Assembly (NCBI GenBank): GCA_904063045.1
Contig: CAJFCJ010000059.1
Location: 55,840 to 119,839 of the forward strand
Origin: Dimorphilus gyrociliatus
Lineage: Eukaryota; Animalia; Annelida
Reading direction: 5' to 3'
DNA length: 64,000 nucleotides
Below the pieces are notes generated by a model. The model was not told the DNA's origin, ran no database searches, and saw nothing but the letters and a program-made list of their open reading frames with translations. Below are positions 44,874-58,899 of this stretch, in pieces (the first letter of the stretch is position 1; each line of letters starts with the position of its first letter). The translations under genes and the position numbers were made by a program.

Positions 44874-46163
44874 AACTTTTTGGAAAATGTCAACAACTGC
44901 AGGGTCTATTATTTCAGGATACGACAGAAAATGTCCCCAAATACACAGTTTAACTCTAATCCTAATCCTCTAGCAATTGTCTTTCCTTAGCCTTTTTGAT
45001 TGCTCCTAACCCATAGATGAAACCTTCCCAAGTACAAATCAGTTGTTGCCCTACTCCTCCTAACCCATTTCTCAATCTAAAATCTAATCTTGAAACTTCT
45101 CATTTGTGGACATTTTCTGTTGATGTAATTCAATTGCTGGTTTCCTCAAAACGCATAAGAAAAGTTCGATAGTGACAATCTGTAAGAATTCTTTTTTAGC
45201 GTACTAATTACTTATAAACCATAAATCAATGAATTCTGCCACGTCAGAAATATTGTTTTTATTAGTTACATCACCTTAATTTCTAACTGTAGAGCTTGGA
45301 GGTGTGTTTGTTTGGTATATTATTTCATAAGTACATTTTTGAATAGCAATTGTGTAACCTGAATTTAGCCTCTTTCCCCATTAAGCAGTCTGCTACAATA
45401 GATGACGTCAATTTGAACTAAACAGCTTAGAGGGCGTTTTGGAGAAATGGATATTCATTGATATCAACGATGAGTGCACTATTATAGATAACAAATATAG
45501 ACTCATCAATAAATTTCTTCCTTAACTATAATTGTAGTTATGGGAAATGGAATATTTAAAATAAAACTGGTAATCTTTTCAATTATATATATATATATTT
45601 CATATAACACCAATATAACAGCTGCTTTCAATCAAATTCAATTTCCTTAAGATTGAATGTTAAAAACAAGAAAAATAATGTTGAATTGTATACCAGTTTC
45701 TTTTTTTTGTTAATATCAATAATAAAGATATTTTCTAATTTAGAACAGATATCTTTAGGATAAACGAATTTTTTAGCGAGTTTGTCTAATCATGTTTCTC
45801 GAAAACAATATCTTCATTGTTTATACTAGTTGTTTGCCTACCATTTCAATAGGTTGTTTTACAAAAAGGCCTATTTATTTGGGTTGCACAAAATTAGATT
45901 CTATACTATATGTCGGCAATCTATTTATAATTCTGTCTACTATTTTTCTTTGTTCAAAAACAGAAAGTAGAATTCTTCTCTTATCGACTTGGACACACTA
46001 TTGGATATAAAAAGTATAAAAAGAACTTCTAGCAGTCATTTATATTTGTGAATTTACTAGAGAGATTGTTTAGACATAAAAAGAAATGTCTAAAAGGTAA
46101 GAATTCCTACATTCGTATTTCATCATCATTGTAAAATTTTATTATTTTATATTTCTCTCATAG

Positions 46164-48935
46164 AAACTTAAAAGGATGTCAAATTGACAAAAATTCAGAG
46201 TTTTCACAAATAGACATTCAATATTTGAATGAATTGAAAGAGAGAATAAACCTTCAAATTTTACAATTAGAAATTAATGTAATCCGATGATTAATAAAAC
46301 AAAAATTTTACTTTTATCCAATAATTTAATTTCCCTCTCTACAGGAGTGTGTTTGTCAGTTGAAATGTTTTAATTGGCCTAATATTGTAGAAGAAATTCT
46401 TAATTTCTTTAATGTAAACGACATTTCACATATTTTTTTTTTACTTACAAAAATTTTTTTTTCTCATAGAAATTTATTAGAGAAGTTAAAAGGATTATTG
46501 AAGAAATTCATAATGTAATATTTATCTTTATTGAGCAGTGTCAAAGATTTAAAAATGAAGAAACAAACTTTACTGAAATATCAGTAAAACGTATAAATTC
46601 ACTCGATAATTTGTAAGTTAATATTTAGGCTTTTTATTGATATACTAAACTTTTAGAATATTTTTTGACATCTGTTCAGAATGTCTGAATTCATTGAATC
46701 AATACAAGAGTTTGATATCATCTTACAAGAATTGGTTGAAGAATCAGAAATTTTACAGTATTCCGACACTCTAAATTGTAAAACGCTGTTTATGGAAAAA
46801 CACACTTTAATGACTTTAGATAATGATCTAAGAGTAGCTACAAATATCCTATATAATGATCTTCACCAGTTGATAAATCAATTTCTCTTTGTCGTATCAC
46901 CAACACCTGAAATTGTCAAATATGAAAAAAGGAATGTTGTAAAGAGTGAATTTACTATACGTTTAATGTGCAGTGAGGCTTTGAAGTTGACAACTTCTAT
47001 AGGAATTAAGGAAATAAACATTATTCAACAGATACCACAAATGAATACATCTACCTATGAACTTCAAAATAAATCTCCAAAGAAAGTAATTTATCCCAGT
47101 GGAATGGTTAATTTTGAATTTGACTTACTCTTACAAAATACATCTCAAAATAAGGATAGACTCAAAATAGATAAGGATAATGCAGTTGCATCATTCAGAT
47201 ATTATTTAAATGTTGATTTGGAGAAATTCAAATGGCATAATAGGGAATTTAATTTGTGTATTAGCACAAGAGCATTTGGAATCATTTCTCAGACATCACA
47301 AGTTGTTCAGGCTACAGGCAATATGAAATGGTTTAGATGTTTTGGAGAAGCTACTAGAAAACCTTGGAGTGAATTCAAGAATTTATTGTTGGACTATTAC
47401 CATAGAAATACTGGAAGGCATTTAACATCTGAGCAAATCAACTATTTAAGAGACAGATTCAGTAAGAATAACAACTTTTTCACAAATACAAAATTCAAAC
47501 TTTTCCATAATCTTTTGCAGTGTTAGAGAATGATGATAGTATTATCTCTCTTAATGATTTTTTACAGGTAAAAATTAAATATTTTCTCAAATATTTCATC
47601 ATTCGTTTTCTACTAATTTTTGTTTTTTTAAATTAGAAAAGATATTCAGACAGATCTACAAAAACAAATTGTATTAAACTTCAAAAATCAAATTTTACAC
47701 CTTGGTATTGGTTTGTGGCATGCATAAATTTATTAAATAGAAAGGAAGCCAAACAATATTGGCAGCAAGGGTAAGAACAAAAAATTCTTGGGCACTAATT
47801 TTACTGAAATCCAATTGGTTTTTTCCATAGATTGATTTATGGTTTTATAAGTAAAGAATATGCTGATAGAATTCTTACAGATTGTCACCATGGAACTTTT
47901 CTTGTCCGTTTTGCTGAGAGTAGAATACAACCTACCCAGAAAGCAGCACCAAATGCAAATTTTACCTTAGCTGTGAAATATGAAAACACAATCTACCATC
48001 TACAGGATTATTTGACTTTTAATGATTTGGAAGACAAAAAATTGGATTTATTTCAGACCTTAAATGAAATGACAATTCATAGTACTGGAAATAAACTAGT
48101 TGCAAATGGGCAAGTTGTTCTTAGTCCTATAGAAAATCAGCCATTGAAGTTGAAAATTTTCACAGAGATCCTATCTAACAACAACCCGGAATTATGTAAG
48201 AAATAGTAGTTCAATAATAAAAGCAATGTAATTGTATTTTTTCAATCAGCTGAAGATTGTGACTATAATGCAGAGGGTAGAAACTATCATATTATTCTTA
48301 AATCATCTAACAGGTATTAAAAGTTTATTACAATGTGTAAGAGATATGAACATTGTTGAAAGGGTTTACAAGTCAATGAAAAGAGTTCATAGGCTGATTT
48401 AGAGGATTCACAAGAATTTGTAAATAGACTTAAAAACATGTTCTTTTTTGGGAAATTTCTAAATTCTATTATGTTTTCTACTTTATTTAACAATATATGC
48501 AAATTCATTATGAACAACGATGATTTTCCTCTTCAGCTTCCATTTTTAAATATCTCAGAAGATCTATCAGTCAGCAAAATATTCTCTTTCACTTCCTTCA
48601 AATGTAATTTCATTCACCTGTTAAAAATGGAATTGCTTGTTTATTTATCATGTTTTGGAAGAATTCTTCCAATTTTTGCCTTGTTGACCCTTTCAATTGA
48701 CTTACACCATCTATACTGGTCCCAAGGAATGTTAGACTATTGTTTAATTAAAATATTTGATATATTTAGGACTCGGAATAAATTCATCGCGGAATTGAAT
48801 GGAAAGAAAGAAGAATTTGAGCCACTTACACCTGTTGTCAACAACACACCTTTTACCATTGTTCAGGATGTGCTTTCGACTTTGTCTCCTGTGCAAAGCC
48901 CTCCCATGCGAATCTTTATAGAAAATGGTCTGTAA
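46164..48935 (+). CDS. STAT: Divergent STAT-family transcription factor (coiled-coil, DNA-binding, linker, SH2, C-tail); 5' exons uncertain
   Basis: ISTRAFGIISQTSQVVQATGNMKW aligns with the end of the STAT DNA-binding domain; YWQQ-G-LIYGFISK..L...HGTFLVRFAES is STAT SH2; spliced tail ...GRNYHII...PVQSPP*. Confidence 0.8.
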
Positions 48936-50349
48936 TCAAAATCCAAGATTAATCACAGTACCATAGATTATGAAACTTTGTTCAGTATGCATCTCCAGCA
49001 GAATAACTCAAATGTATGTCCCAACTTTTCAAAACAATCTAGCCAAGCCAACAGCAAATAATACTTCTATCTTTTCAAGAAATAATATGAATATCAGTGA
49101 TAAAGATTAAATGGCAAGGTACCCCTTTTTTGTTTGGCTTGAAGAAAGAATTATTTTCAAAATTGACAAAACACTTAGGTAATTTAAAGAAAAAACTATA
49201 GGGTTTTAATGTCAAAGAGTACATAATCCAAACTGTTGAGTTTTAATAATGAAATTGTATTTGAAAATTTAAGAATATTTTTGCAGATATTTGAATCTCT
49301 TAACAGAATTTCAATACAATTTATGACAAAATTGATATTTAAGGGTTCACCTATACAAAACTTGTTGTTGTTCACATTACTTTTGAATAATATGATAACT
49401 GTTGATTCTTCTCTGGGGATTTGTTTCTCCTAGCCATTTAGCTTATTCATGACTGTTCATCATTTGAATTACACCTATCACAATAAATTGAACTGCTGCC
49501 AAAGTTACAAATTCTATTTATCATTCAATTATGAATTGTCCTTGACCTTGGAAATTTTTTTATATGGCTGAATATTATTTATTTTTCAATTTTGATTTGT
49601 ATTAAATTATGAATGGCACATCACCACCCAGATAATTACTATAAATAGTTCACTATCCTTATACAGTATAGATTTCACATAACAAAGGAAGGTTTCTCAA
49701 GCCTTAATACATTTATTACATTAGGGTGTTTTATTGGTGTGTAGATCTTTCAAGTAGGTTTATCAGTATAGTCAGATATCTGATCCCATATAAACATATG
49801 TAACTTGATAGTGGAATTAAATTTCCACATCTTCTATCTTTCAGCAACCTTTAATGTAGAGACAATTTGATAAAAATCTCAAAAAAAAGGATACAATTTT
49901 CTGTTTTTCACATTAACATTTTATCCCTTGTTATAATTACTTATCATTGTGTCTGTATGTTTCTAAAATATTAAGAAAAATATATATATTTTAGAGTTGA
50001 TGAACTGTCTATGTTATGTTTATCTTATTTAACAGAATGTTACAATGTTGAACATTTAGGACCAGACCTGATGGAATAGGTTAGCTTATCTGGCAGTTTC
50101 AAGTGTTTTTTTTTGCTTCAGAAAAATGATTTTCTTGATATTCAACTGAGCTGTTTAGTGTTACATTCTTTCACAACAATTAGAGGAAAGAATTTAGATA
50201 TTTTTTCATTAGATATACATATTCATTCCTAAAAGAAGAATGAAAATAACAAATGTAAATTACTGATTAATTTTTGTTGTTGCACTAAAATCTTGACCTT
50301 TTTTGAGAAAAAAGCTTTATTTAAATATTTAAATTATGAAAACATTCAA

Positions 50350-51030
50350 CTCACATTTAAGCAGTTTAACAGTTTCTTGTTGTAAATCTTTTGGTATTGC
50401 ACACTTTCCAATATTAGTTATAAGTGTACAATTTGAAAGATTTTCTCTTCCATTTAGTTTTGACAGCAGTCTTTGACAAGCTTTATTAAAAATAACACCA
50501 ATATTTTAGGTAAAAGTCTTAATATGAAACAAAACTTTGAATAATAATACCAAAGCTCCATTCAATTTCTGTAATCTGAATTGCTAAGTCATTGTTTAAA
50601 CCAGGACAGGCTTTTTTGAGACACAGCTTTAGTTTTTTGCCCTGTTCACAAAGTTTTTCAGCATTAAATGACTTTAGAAGCTGCAACTGTTCAAATACAG
50701 ATTGACAAAGACATTCCATACATTTTGTATAACAATCATCTTGATCAACATTCTCCATTTCATGAAAAGGAGAATATGTAATTAGGTCAAAATCATGAAT
50801 ACTGTTGCCAAGTTTTCTATTCTGCTCCTTTGACAAGGAAAAAAGAGGATAATCATTGGTGTCAAATTAAAGATTTTTTAATTTTAAATCAGTTAAAAAG
50901 AACATTTGTTAATGTTATGGAAACTGTTGCTGTTCAACAAAAAAGAACAAAGTCCACTGAAAAAATGATATGTATTTGAAAAAGTGCACAGTTAACTTTT
51001 CACTACATTCCATTCCTTTTCTCATTCATG
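50350..51030 (-). other. Small Cys-rich multi-exon protein gene, unknown family
   Basis: DCYTKCMECLCQ...KLCEQGKKLKLCLKKACPG in ORF 50519-50836, plus a neighbouring exon-like segment at 50360-50480. Confidence 0.35.
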
Positions 51031-51899
51031 ATACAGTGTTTCATTTTTCAAATTGCAATAATTATCATTGTTCACAAATTCATTTTCTCGGATTGAAATG
51101 TAAAATAAATTCATATTTAAATTGTTTAAAATACATAAAAACTGTTTTGTAAATTTTTCAGAATGTTTATATCGATTAACAGAGAATAGAAGATATGCAG
51201 ATAGTAATTTTATACTGCCAGCAACATTTTATGATCACTTGTGATTAGTATGAATTGTGCAGGTTATCTAAAAAAAATACACCAAAAGTGAATAATCTTT
51301 ATTTTTTTCTAACCAGAAATATTGTAAATATACATTCATTTCTGTTCCTCTTAATAAAATATGTTACTTGAAAAAGATAACAATAGCTGAAAGGGGTTGG
51401 GAAAATACGTCCTTGGGAAAAAATGTCCTAAAGGCTGGGAAAAAAGTCCTATGCCTGGCAAAAGATATACTTGTCCTAATTATTGATACTTATAATCAGA
51501 AATGTTTTTCTCTTTGCTGTTTACTTCATTTATAGAATAAAATATTAATATTTTTGAAGAAAGGGATATGTATTGTGATGTTTTTACCAGTTTTCTCTGA
51601 ATTATGTAATGCTATTAAAAGAGAAATGAGTTATTTCCTTGTCTTGTCTGTAAGTGAAAGATAAATTTTGCATTTCTTGGCATGTTTTCAGGCTAATTTG
51701 TTTTTTAAGCATTGAAACTCTGGTATTGATTTGGTTTATTGAATATTACAAGATTATACATTTTTTAAGAACCCTTCTTTCCAGTGAGTTATTATTTATC
51801 ATTTTTGTATTGGCAGCCATATTTGATTTTGAAAGTGAATTTATTTTTGCAGAAACTTAGTAATGGCACCTGTTTTGTATTAATTGTAATAAAAGATTT

Positions 51900-52310
51900 T
51901 ATGGCAGACAGAGAAAGATGAAATGCAGTGACTGCGAAGATTATGTCCATGCCAAATGCATCAAAGGTCTGTCTCTTTATATGTTTTTATTAAATTATTC
52001 ACTTTTTTCATTTTCAATTTAGAATCTGAAAGAGTATTTTGCAATAATTGTGCAGAAAAGTTCAGGATTGAAGAAATTGCATGTTCACTTTGTCATCATA
52101 TCTGTAAAGGTGATATTTACTATGTACAAACATACATTTATTTAACTTTGCTTAATATTACAGAAATGAAAGATGATAAGTGTTCTTCATGCAAAAGTTT
52201 GAGTGAAAGATATTGTCTCATTAGTTTATCAGATGTGATTAATGATGATCCCATTGTAAAAGCTGCTCTGAGTTGTACTCATAATAACATGGTTAAAGAC
52301 AATTGTAGGG
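51900..52310 (+). pseudogene. PHD/zinc-finger fragment, probably the N-terminus of a decayed MULE
   Basis: MKCSDCEDYVHAKCIK/..FCNNC..CSLCHHIC, followed by GACAGAAAA(C/T)GTCCCCA repeats. Confidence 0.45.
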
Positions 52311-53022
52311 TTCAGACAGAAAACGTCCCCAAACAGACAGAAAATGTCCCCAAAAATTAATTGTCAAAAAAGTTGAAAAAAATTAAAAAAATTTCACCAT
52401 TTTTACAATGACGGTATAGGAAGATATAGTCTTTTTTGTTATATGTCATTATTTCAGCAAAAAAAAAAGAACTATATAAAATAAACTAAAGAACAGAAAA
52501 CGTCCTCAAAGTGACAGAAAACATCCCCAAAGTGACAGAAAACATCCACAAGCTCAGAGAAAATCCCCTAATGCAGACAGAAGAACAGGCTATGTCAATT
52601 AAAAAATATCTGCACAAAATAATATAAAAATTTTTACAATATTTCACAAAATTCAAAATAAATGCTCCTAAAAACAATTGGAAATCTTCAGGCAGTAAGA
52701 CAGAAAAATTCTACTTCCTTCTTTATTATCACTCATTAGAGGTAATGTGAAAATTTATTATTTATTGTTTTTTTTTCAAAGCTTTATTATTATATTAATT
52801 TTTTAACACTACAAAGGATTTTTATAATCAAAAGTTTATATATCATCCTAACCAAAAAATTGACAATTTGAAGTTCATTTTTATCTTTTAATTTGATTTT
52901 TACATTGTAATGCTTGTGGTAATCCAATTATCATCCAATCATTTTGACTTTTCATATCAATTTTACTCTAACAAATTATTACTTACCAAGGTTTGAAAAA
53001 GAATATTCTCAATTTTTCAATA

Positions 53023-54338
53023 ATGGAAAACACATGCTATATCTGCAATGATGCCTTCATAGGCAGCCAAATTAAAGGCAAATGTTGTCTTTGTTTCAAA
53101 ACATGCCATATCAAGTGCATTCAGGGTTTGTATTATTTATGCCTTTAAAAAATCAATCATCCTAATGATTCAGATCCAGCATCAAATTCACCATTATGTT
53201 TAAGTTGTTTTCAAATCTCAAAAAGAAATTGTTCTGTAATCTTGAAGAGAATAGATGAAGAAAAAGAACAAAGCATAAATGAATCCAGAGAGGAGTTGAG
53301 ATTATCATTTTCTTTTGAGAGCATGGAAAGCATTGATGATTGTTCAAAACGAGTTCAAAGTGTTGTGAATGAGGAGGATATTATGTTCAGTAATGAAATT
53401 GAAGTAAGTACACTGACTACACTCACTGGTGGAGAAATCTCTGATGTGCAGGAAGAGTCTTTTGAAAGTGATATTGATCAAACCAAAAATGACACAGACA
53501 AATGTCATTTTAAAATTTTACCAAAAGCAAGTCAGAAAGGAAAAGACATTTTAATCTATAATGGATATACCTTTAATGTTAAAATCAAAAGAAAAGCTAC
53601 TACAACATGGATTTGCTCAGTTCGTAATAAATCTAACAAATGTTCTGCTACCATCATTCAAAAAGAAAAAAATTTCCATTGTGGAAGAAAAAACCACAAC
53701 CACTCACCAGTGAAAAATGTTGAAAAGCAGATTGTCATTAGAAATGATATCAAATAGAAATCTGCTAATGATATTAAATCATCAGGAAAAAGAATAGCTG
53801 AGGAAATTCTTTTAAAACATTGTCATGGAAAATGTAGTTTGCACAATTGCAAAGAAGTAGCCAACTACAGCAGGAGAAAAAATAGACCGGTTGAACCAAA
53901 TGATTTAAATTTTCAACTTGATTTAACTGATCATCAGTTAAAACTCTTGTCTATGGCAAAGATATGGTACATGGATGGTACTTTCAAAATTGCAAGAGAT
54001 CCATTTGTTCAAATATTTTCAATACATGGCTTTTTAAAGAAAAATGGAGAGTTGAAGCAGGTGCCATTGCTTTTTTCATTTCTAAGCTCAAAAAAGAAAA
54101 GAGCTTATAAATTATTATTCAAGGTAAGTTAGGTTTATAAATACTTGAATCAATGACAACCTATGAATTTAGGCTGTAAATGAGCTAACTGACAAAAATT
54201 GTTTTGGACTACGAAAAGGCAATATGGAAAGGTATCAGAGATACTTGGACAGATATTTTAATGGTTGATTGCTCTTTTCACTGGTCACAAGCAATATTCC
54301 GAAAAATTCAGGTTAGGAAAAACGTTGAATAGTGTAAA
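53023..54338 (+). pseudogene. Decayed PHD-FLYWCH-MULE transposase (copy 2), cut at the solo LTR
   Basis: MENTCYICNDAF..CCLCFKTCHIKC, TWICSVRNKSNKC, WYMDGTFKIARDPF, FHWSQAIFRKIQ; several stops. Confidence 0.85.
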
Positions 54339-55273
54339 TGTACACATACATTCATCAGCTATATTCTACAATAGAGAAGTAGTATTAAACCAGTATTGTA
54401 CTATGCAGATAGCACTGATAAAGATAAGCAGTAGTGACCTAGTTTCACATAGGGCAGTGCATACACATTATGCAGCAATAAAACCTATTAAATTATATAA
54501 AGAATATTTGCTATTTGCAACCTAGCATTAATATTACAATTTATTAATCCATAAATTTATGATTTTGAACTAAAACTAGTTCAATTAATTATCAATTATG
54601 CTTAAATTCTAAGTTTAGATTATATTCACTATTCAACAGTATTGTATACACAATACTGTTCTTTTTAACATGCATTAATCAGATATACTTCCTCCTTATA
54701 TGCTCATGCTAAATTTACTAACTCAATCAATTGAATATCATTATTAAGGTAGAATATAAAAACGGTCAAATATACAATCTACATGTTTTCTTGATTGTTC
54801 GACTTGTCCTACTAAAATTGTTACATCTTATGCAACTCTCCAACCTTTGAAATTCAACTATTATTTAGAAGAGGAAAACAATAAAAACATGACCATATTT
54901 ACAACTTTTCTTTGTCTTCAAATGTTACTTTTCTTTTTGTGAACATTGAAATTTGTGAACTATCAACCCTTAAAAGAGTATATAAACCCTACGAAATTAA
55001 CAGTTGATAGTTCAGTTTTCTAACCATCAGCTAGTTGTTTAAACTAGCTTGTTTAGAACTAGAAGCTCATTTTACTCAATACATATTCTTTGGACAAAAT
55101 ACTGGTGTTTTGTTAATTAACTTCTACCGAAATTGCCTTTGTTAGACTATTTGTGGACGAACTTTAAAGGTTCTATTTGTGTGAGTACTTTGGCAAGTTG
55201 GTAAATGATTGGAAAGGACGATTACAGTTGTGACGAACCAGAAATTCCTACAATTACAATACAACAAAGTACA
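54339..55273 (+). mobile_element. Solo family B LTR (935 bp), no TSD
   Basis: Inverted near-identical copy of 30271-31204; flanks GTAAA and TAACA do not match; no PBS or PPT adjacent. Confidence 0.92.
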
Positions 55274-56663
55274 TAACATAAAGGAAAAAAGGAACAAAAC
55301 AACATTCTGGATATGTAGTGTTAGGAACTAAAGAAACAAATGTTCAGCAACAGTTAGCCAGCAGGGGAACAACTTTTATCCTGGAAAGATGTCACATTCT
55401 CATGAAAGAGTACCAGATCTTGAAAAGAAAATAACCATCAGAAATGAACTGAAAAATGCTTGCAATAAAGATATTATTAGTTCAGGAAAACGTTTAGCTG
55501 AAAATGTTCTGGTGGAACATTGCAGTTCTGGTGAAGCTATTCCATCTTTAGATAATTGTACAAGACTGGCAAACTGGACAAGAAAGAAGTTTAGACCAGC
55601 TGAACCTCAAAGTATTCACTTTGATCTGGTAAAAACATTTATACCTGATGACTTTTTACAAATGGATATTCAAATGGAGAATGATAGAATACTGATATTT
55701 TCAACTTTAAAGCAAATTGACTTATTATCAAAGGGTAAAATATGGTTTATGGATGGCACATTTAAATGTGTAAAAGACCCATTTTATCAACTTTTTTCCA
55801 TTCATGGATTCATCAAAAAGAATGGTGAGATGAAACAAGTTCCAATGGCATTTGCTTTTATGGGATCCAAGAAAAAGGTGGCTTACAAGAAACTTTTTAA
55901 GGTGCAGAAACTTTACATTTCAACTTTAATGATCTGATAACTTTCAAAGCAGGCAATGCAAGATTTAACAAATGGACATAGCCCTAAAAAAATTGTTGTG
56001 GACTTTGAAAAGGCTATTTGGAAAGCTTTATCCTCCACTTATCCTCAGACAATCATTAAAGGATGTGTTTTTCACTGGACACAAGCAGTTTATAGAAACA
56101 TTCAAGTAATTGAATCAACCACTTCAGATGCAGATATAATACATATGTTTTTTTTCCAGGAATTGGGATTTTGTAAGATGTACAAGGAAAGAGGAGCAGA
56201 ATATGATGTCATGAAAAAGTTAATGACCTTACCTTTCCTGCCTTCTGATTTAGTTCAACCAACTTTTCAGGCTATAAAAGAAATATGTTCCTTTGAAATA
56301 CATCCTTTATTTGAGTACATTGAAACTCAATGGATAGATGGATATTTTAAACCAGAGATGTGGTCTGTATATGGTGAGGCTATCAGAACCAATAATGACA
56401 TTGAGGGCTGGCATCGCAGGTTAAACAAAAATCATCAATCTAACTCTGGCTTCTATTCCCTTTTGGATGAACTGAAAAGAGAAGCAGATCTGATAAAACT
56501 ATATAAAAAACTGCTGAGCGAGAAGAAAATCTGTAGACAGCAAAGAAAAGTATATCAGAATATTCAAAGCAAAATATTTAGCTTATGGCAACAATTTGAG
56601 GTTGCTTCAATCACATCATTGGATTTACTTGAAAAAGCTTCCAATTTTTATAGCCCAGTCTAA
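55274..56663 (+). pseudogene. MULE transposase (copy 3), 5'-truncated within FLYWCH, spliced
   Basis: FWICSVRN..KCSA, WFMDGTFKCVKDPF, VDFEKAIW..GCVFHWTQ, RTNNDIEGWH, ends SNFYSPV*. Confidence 0.88.
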
Positions 56664-56865
56664 TATCTCTTTGTTCTTCAATTTTGTTACACTGTTGTCT
56701 ATCATTATTATTATTATTGGTCTTTAGTTGTACTTATTTAATATATTCATATTCAAATATTTCCAGTTGTTCTTATTTAGTTTTTTCCTTTCAAATTTGA
56801 CTTATAACTCTGAATATTAAATATTTTCATCCCTACATCAAATTCCTCTAAGAGGCATTTCATCT

Positions 56866-56953
56866 ATTGGACATTTTCTCCAGTGGACGTTTTCTCCAGT
56901 GGACATTTTCTCCAAACAGTGGACGTTTTCTCCAAATAGTGGACGTTTTCTCC
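56866..56953 (-). repeat. Subterminal GGAC(G/A)TTTTCTCC repeats at the right end of MULE copy 3
   Basis: Five copies; inverted relative to the GAAAACGTCC arrays at 52310-52560. Confidence 0.65.
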
Positions 56954-57305
56954 TGTACCCTTTTAATTTACATCTTGGTATATTTCATTCCTATATTCTC
57001 TTTTAAGTCTTTACATTTCCAAGGTTTTTTATTCTCCATTTTTTATTTTTTACTTTTTATTTGTTTATTTAATTTTTATTTATTTTCTATTTTTGTATTT
57101 TTATTCTCTATTTTGTTTCTTATGTTTCAATTTTTGTTCTTTTATTCTTTCTATACTTTATTTTAACACTCTCACTACAACTGAATTTAAAAGAATCTTT
57201 ATCAATGCTTGTGTAATCAATATCTGAAGAGAAATCTTCCAACCAAACCTAAGTTTTTCATATCTCTACATATTAAAATAAATTGTAATTGTTATATTGC
57301 AGTTG

Positions 57306-57665
57306 TTAAACAAAAATGCAGATCAAGATATAACCTTGATTTTGAAAAAAAATGGCAATAATAATTGAAATACAGGCAAGTAACAGATTTGGAGGAGATT
57401 CAATATTTCCAGTATTATATAAATGACTGTTACATAGATCACTATCACAGCAACTAATGCAATTTTTGATATTATTTTTCAAATAACATATACTATCCCT
57501 CTCACTGTCTGTGCAGGGAGTATCAGAGCATTTTTGTTGGTAAGTAATAACCTCATCTTTTTCTTTATGAATTACAGAACAAAACATAGAACTACACACC
57601 ACAGTTTTGGCACTTTGAGAATGACATTTGTCTCCTTCACATGTATTATATCTTAGTATAGTCAT
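57306..57665 (-). CDS. Ly6/uPAR (three-finger) domain protein with a GPI-anchor-like tail; signal exon not located
   Basis: Cys pattern ending in CCDSDLCN, followed by a hydrophobic C-terminus LLLACISIIIAIFF. Confidence 0.75.
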   Translation of the reverse strand: MTILRYNTCEGDKCHSQSAKTVVCSSMFCSVIHKEKDEVITYQQKCSDTPCTDSERDSICYLKNNIKNCISCCDSDLCNSHLYNTGNIESPPNLLLACISIIIAIFFQNQGYILICIFV

Positions 57666-58139
57666 TTTCTATTGTTATTCTCTAACTGTACCATCAGAAA
57701 TTATCAATCACCATATATCAAGGTGTCTCTCTACTTTAAAGAAAACTTTACAAAGTTATAAAGTTGCAATCTGGCATATCTGACCTATATGACCGACCTG
57801 ACTTGTATCACACATCTGACCATCAGAAATTTTAAGTCAGCATACTTTGCTATGAAGATAATAAGAACACTTTCAAAATTTCATCATTTGGCTTTAACAA
57901 CAAATTATCAACAGAACAAACTTAAAAAATTCACCAACAAAACAAAATTACTTCACAGTGAAAATGTATAAGAATCTTTATCCTTTGCAAGAAGGAGAAA
58001 AAAAAGAAACAATTTTGAAGGCTATAGTCAAATATTGTAATTTTGAATTGAAAAAAATCAATCCATGGAAAAAGCTTTGTTTTAGTCATTGATTAAGGCT
58101 ATTGTATTAGTTCTTCTCATTCCACATTCTCTTTACTAG

Positions 58140-58510
58140 TTGGGGTTCGTGAAGGGTTTTTTTTGACAAAAGTCAAAAAAGAGAAACAGAATTCTCACAT
58201 TTCAAGAGTCCCAATTGATTTTGGGAAGCAGTCAAAGAAAAAATACACCAAAATCAACAATAAAAGCAATTTCCATTAAAAAAATTTTTTTCTGAATTAT
58301 TCCTTCCTATTTGGCCTACCATGGTTTTGTCCTCCTCTCTATGTTCATTACCAAGGGCTCATCAGGGTCTACTAACCTACACCTACAGAGAGGTTAAAGA
58401 ATTCCAATAGGGAATTGTCTTCTTCAGGTTTTAATTAATATATATCATATTAAAACTGCTACTTATAGTAATACTGTTTAACAGTTTAATGTACATACCA
58501 TTTTATTCAT
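58140..58510 (-). repeat. Copy of the hammerhead-bearing repeat (motif 58311-58374, degenerate core)
   Basis: Minus strand: TAGTAGACC-CTGATGA-GCCC...GGAC-AAAA-C-CATG-GTA-GGCC; inverted homolog of 12845-13260. Confidence 0.8.
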
Positions 58511-58899
58511 TTTATTATTGAAGGATGTTGATTTTCAAAAGCAGTTGTAGCAGTTGCACATTTAACTAAATGTGATGTTGACTCCTTGATCTGCAAACTG
58601 CAAATGAACCATGTGAACAAATATTTACAATATATGTGTATGAGATATGTGGAAAAATCTGTGAGAACATGTCACAACCTGATTATCTATAGATAAGATT
58701 ATGTGGTGCCAACAACTATGTGAGAAAATGAAACCAGTAAACCAAACTCTGTTGAAAACTTTCCTTTTTATTGGTCATTATTAACCTGACTGTGAGTACT
58801 TTCTACAAACTTGTCAAAAGAGATGAGGATAAACATTGATAAAAGTTCTGTGGGAAGTCTGCAAATCCATCAGAATGATACAATAGCAATGAATGTTGA

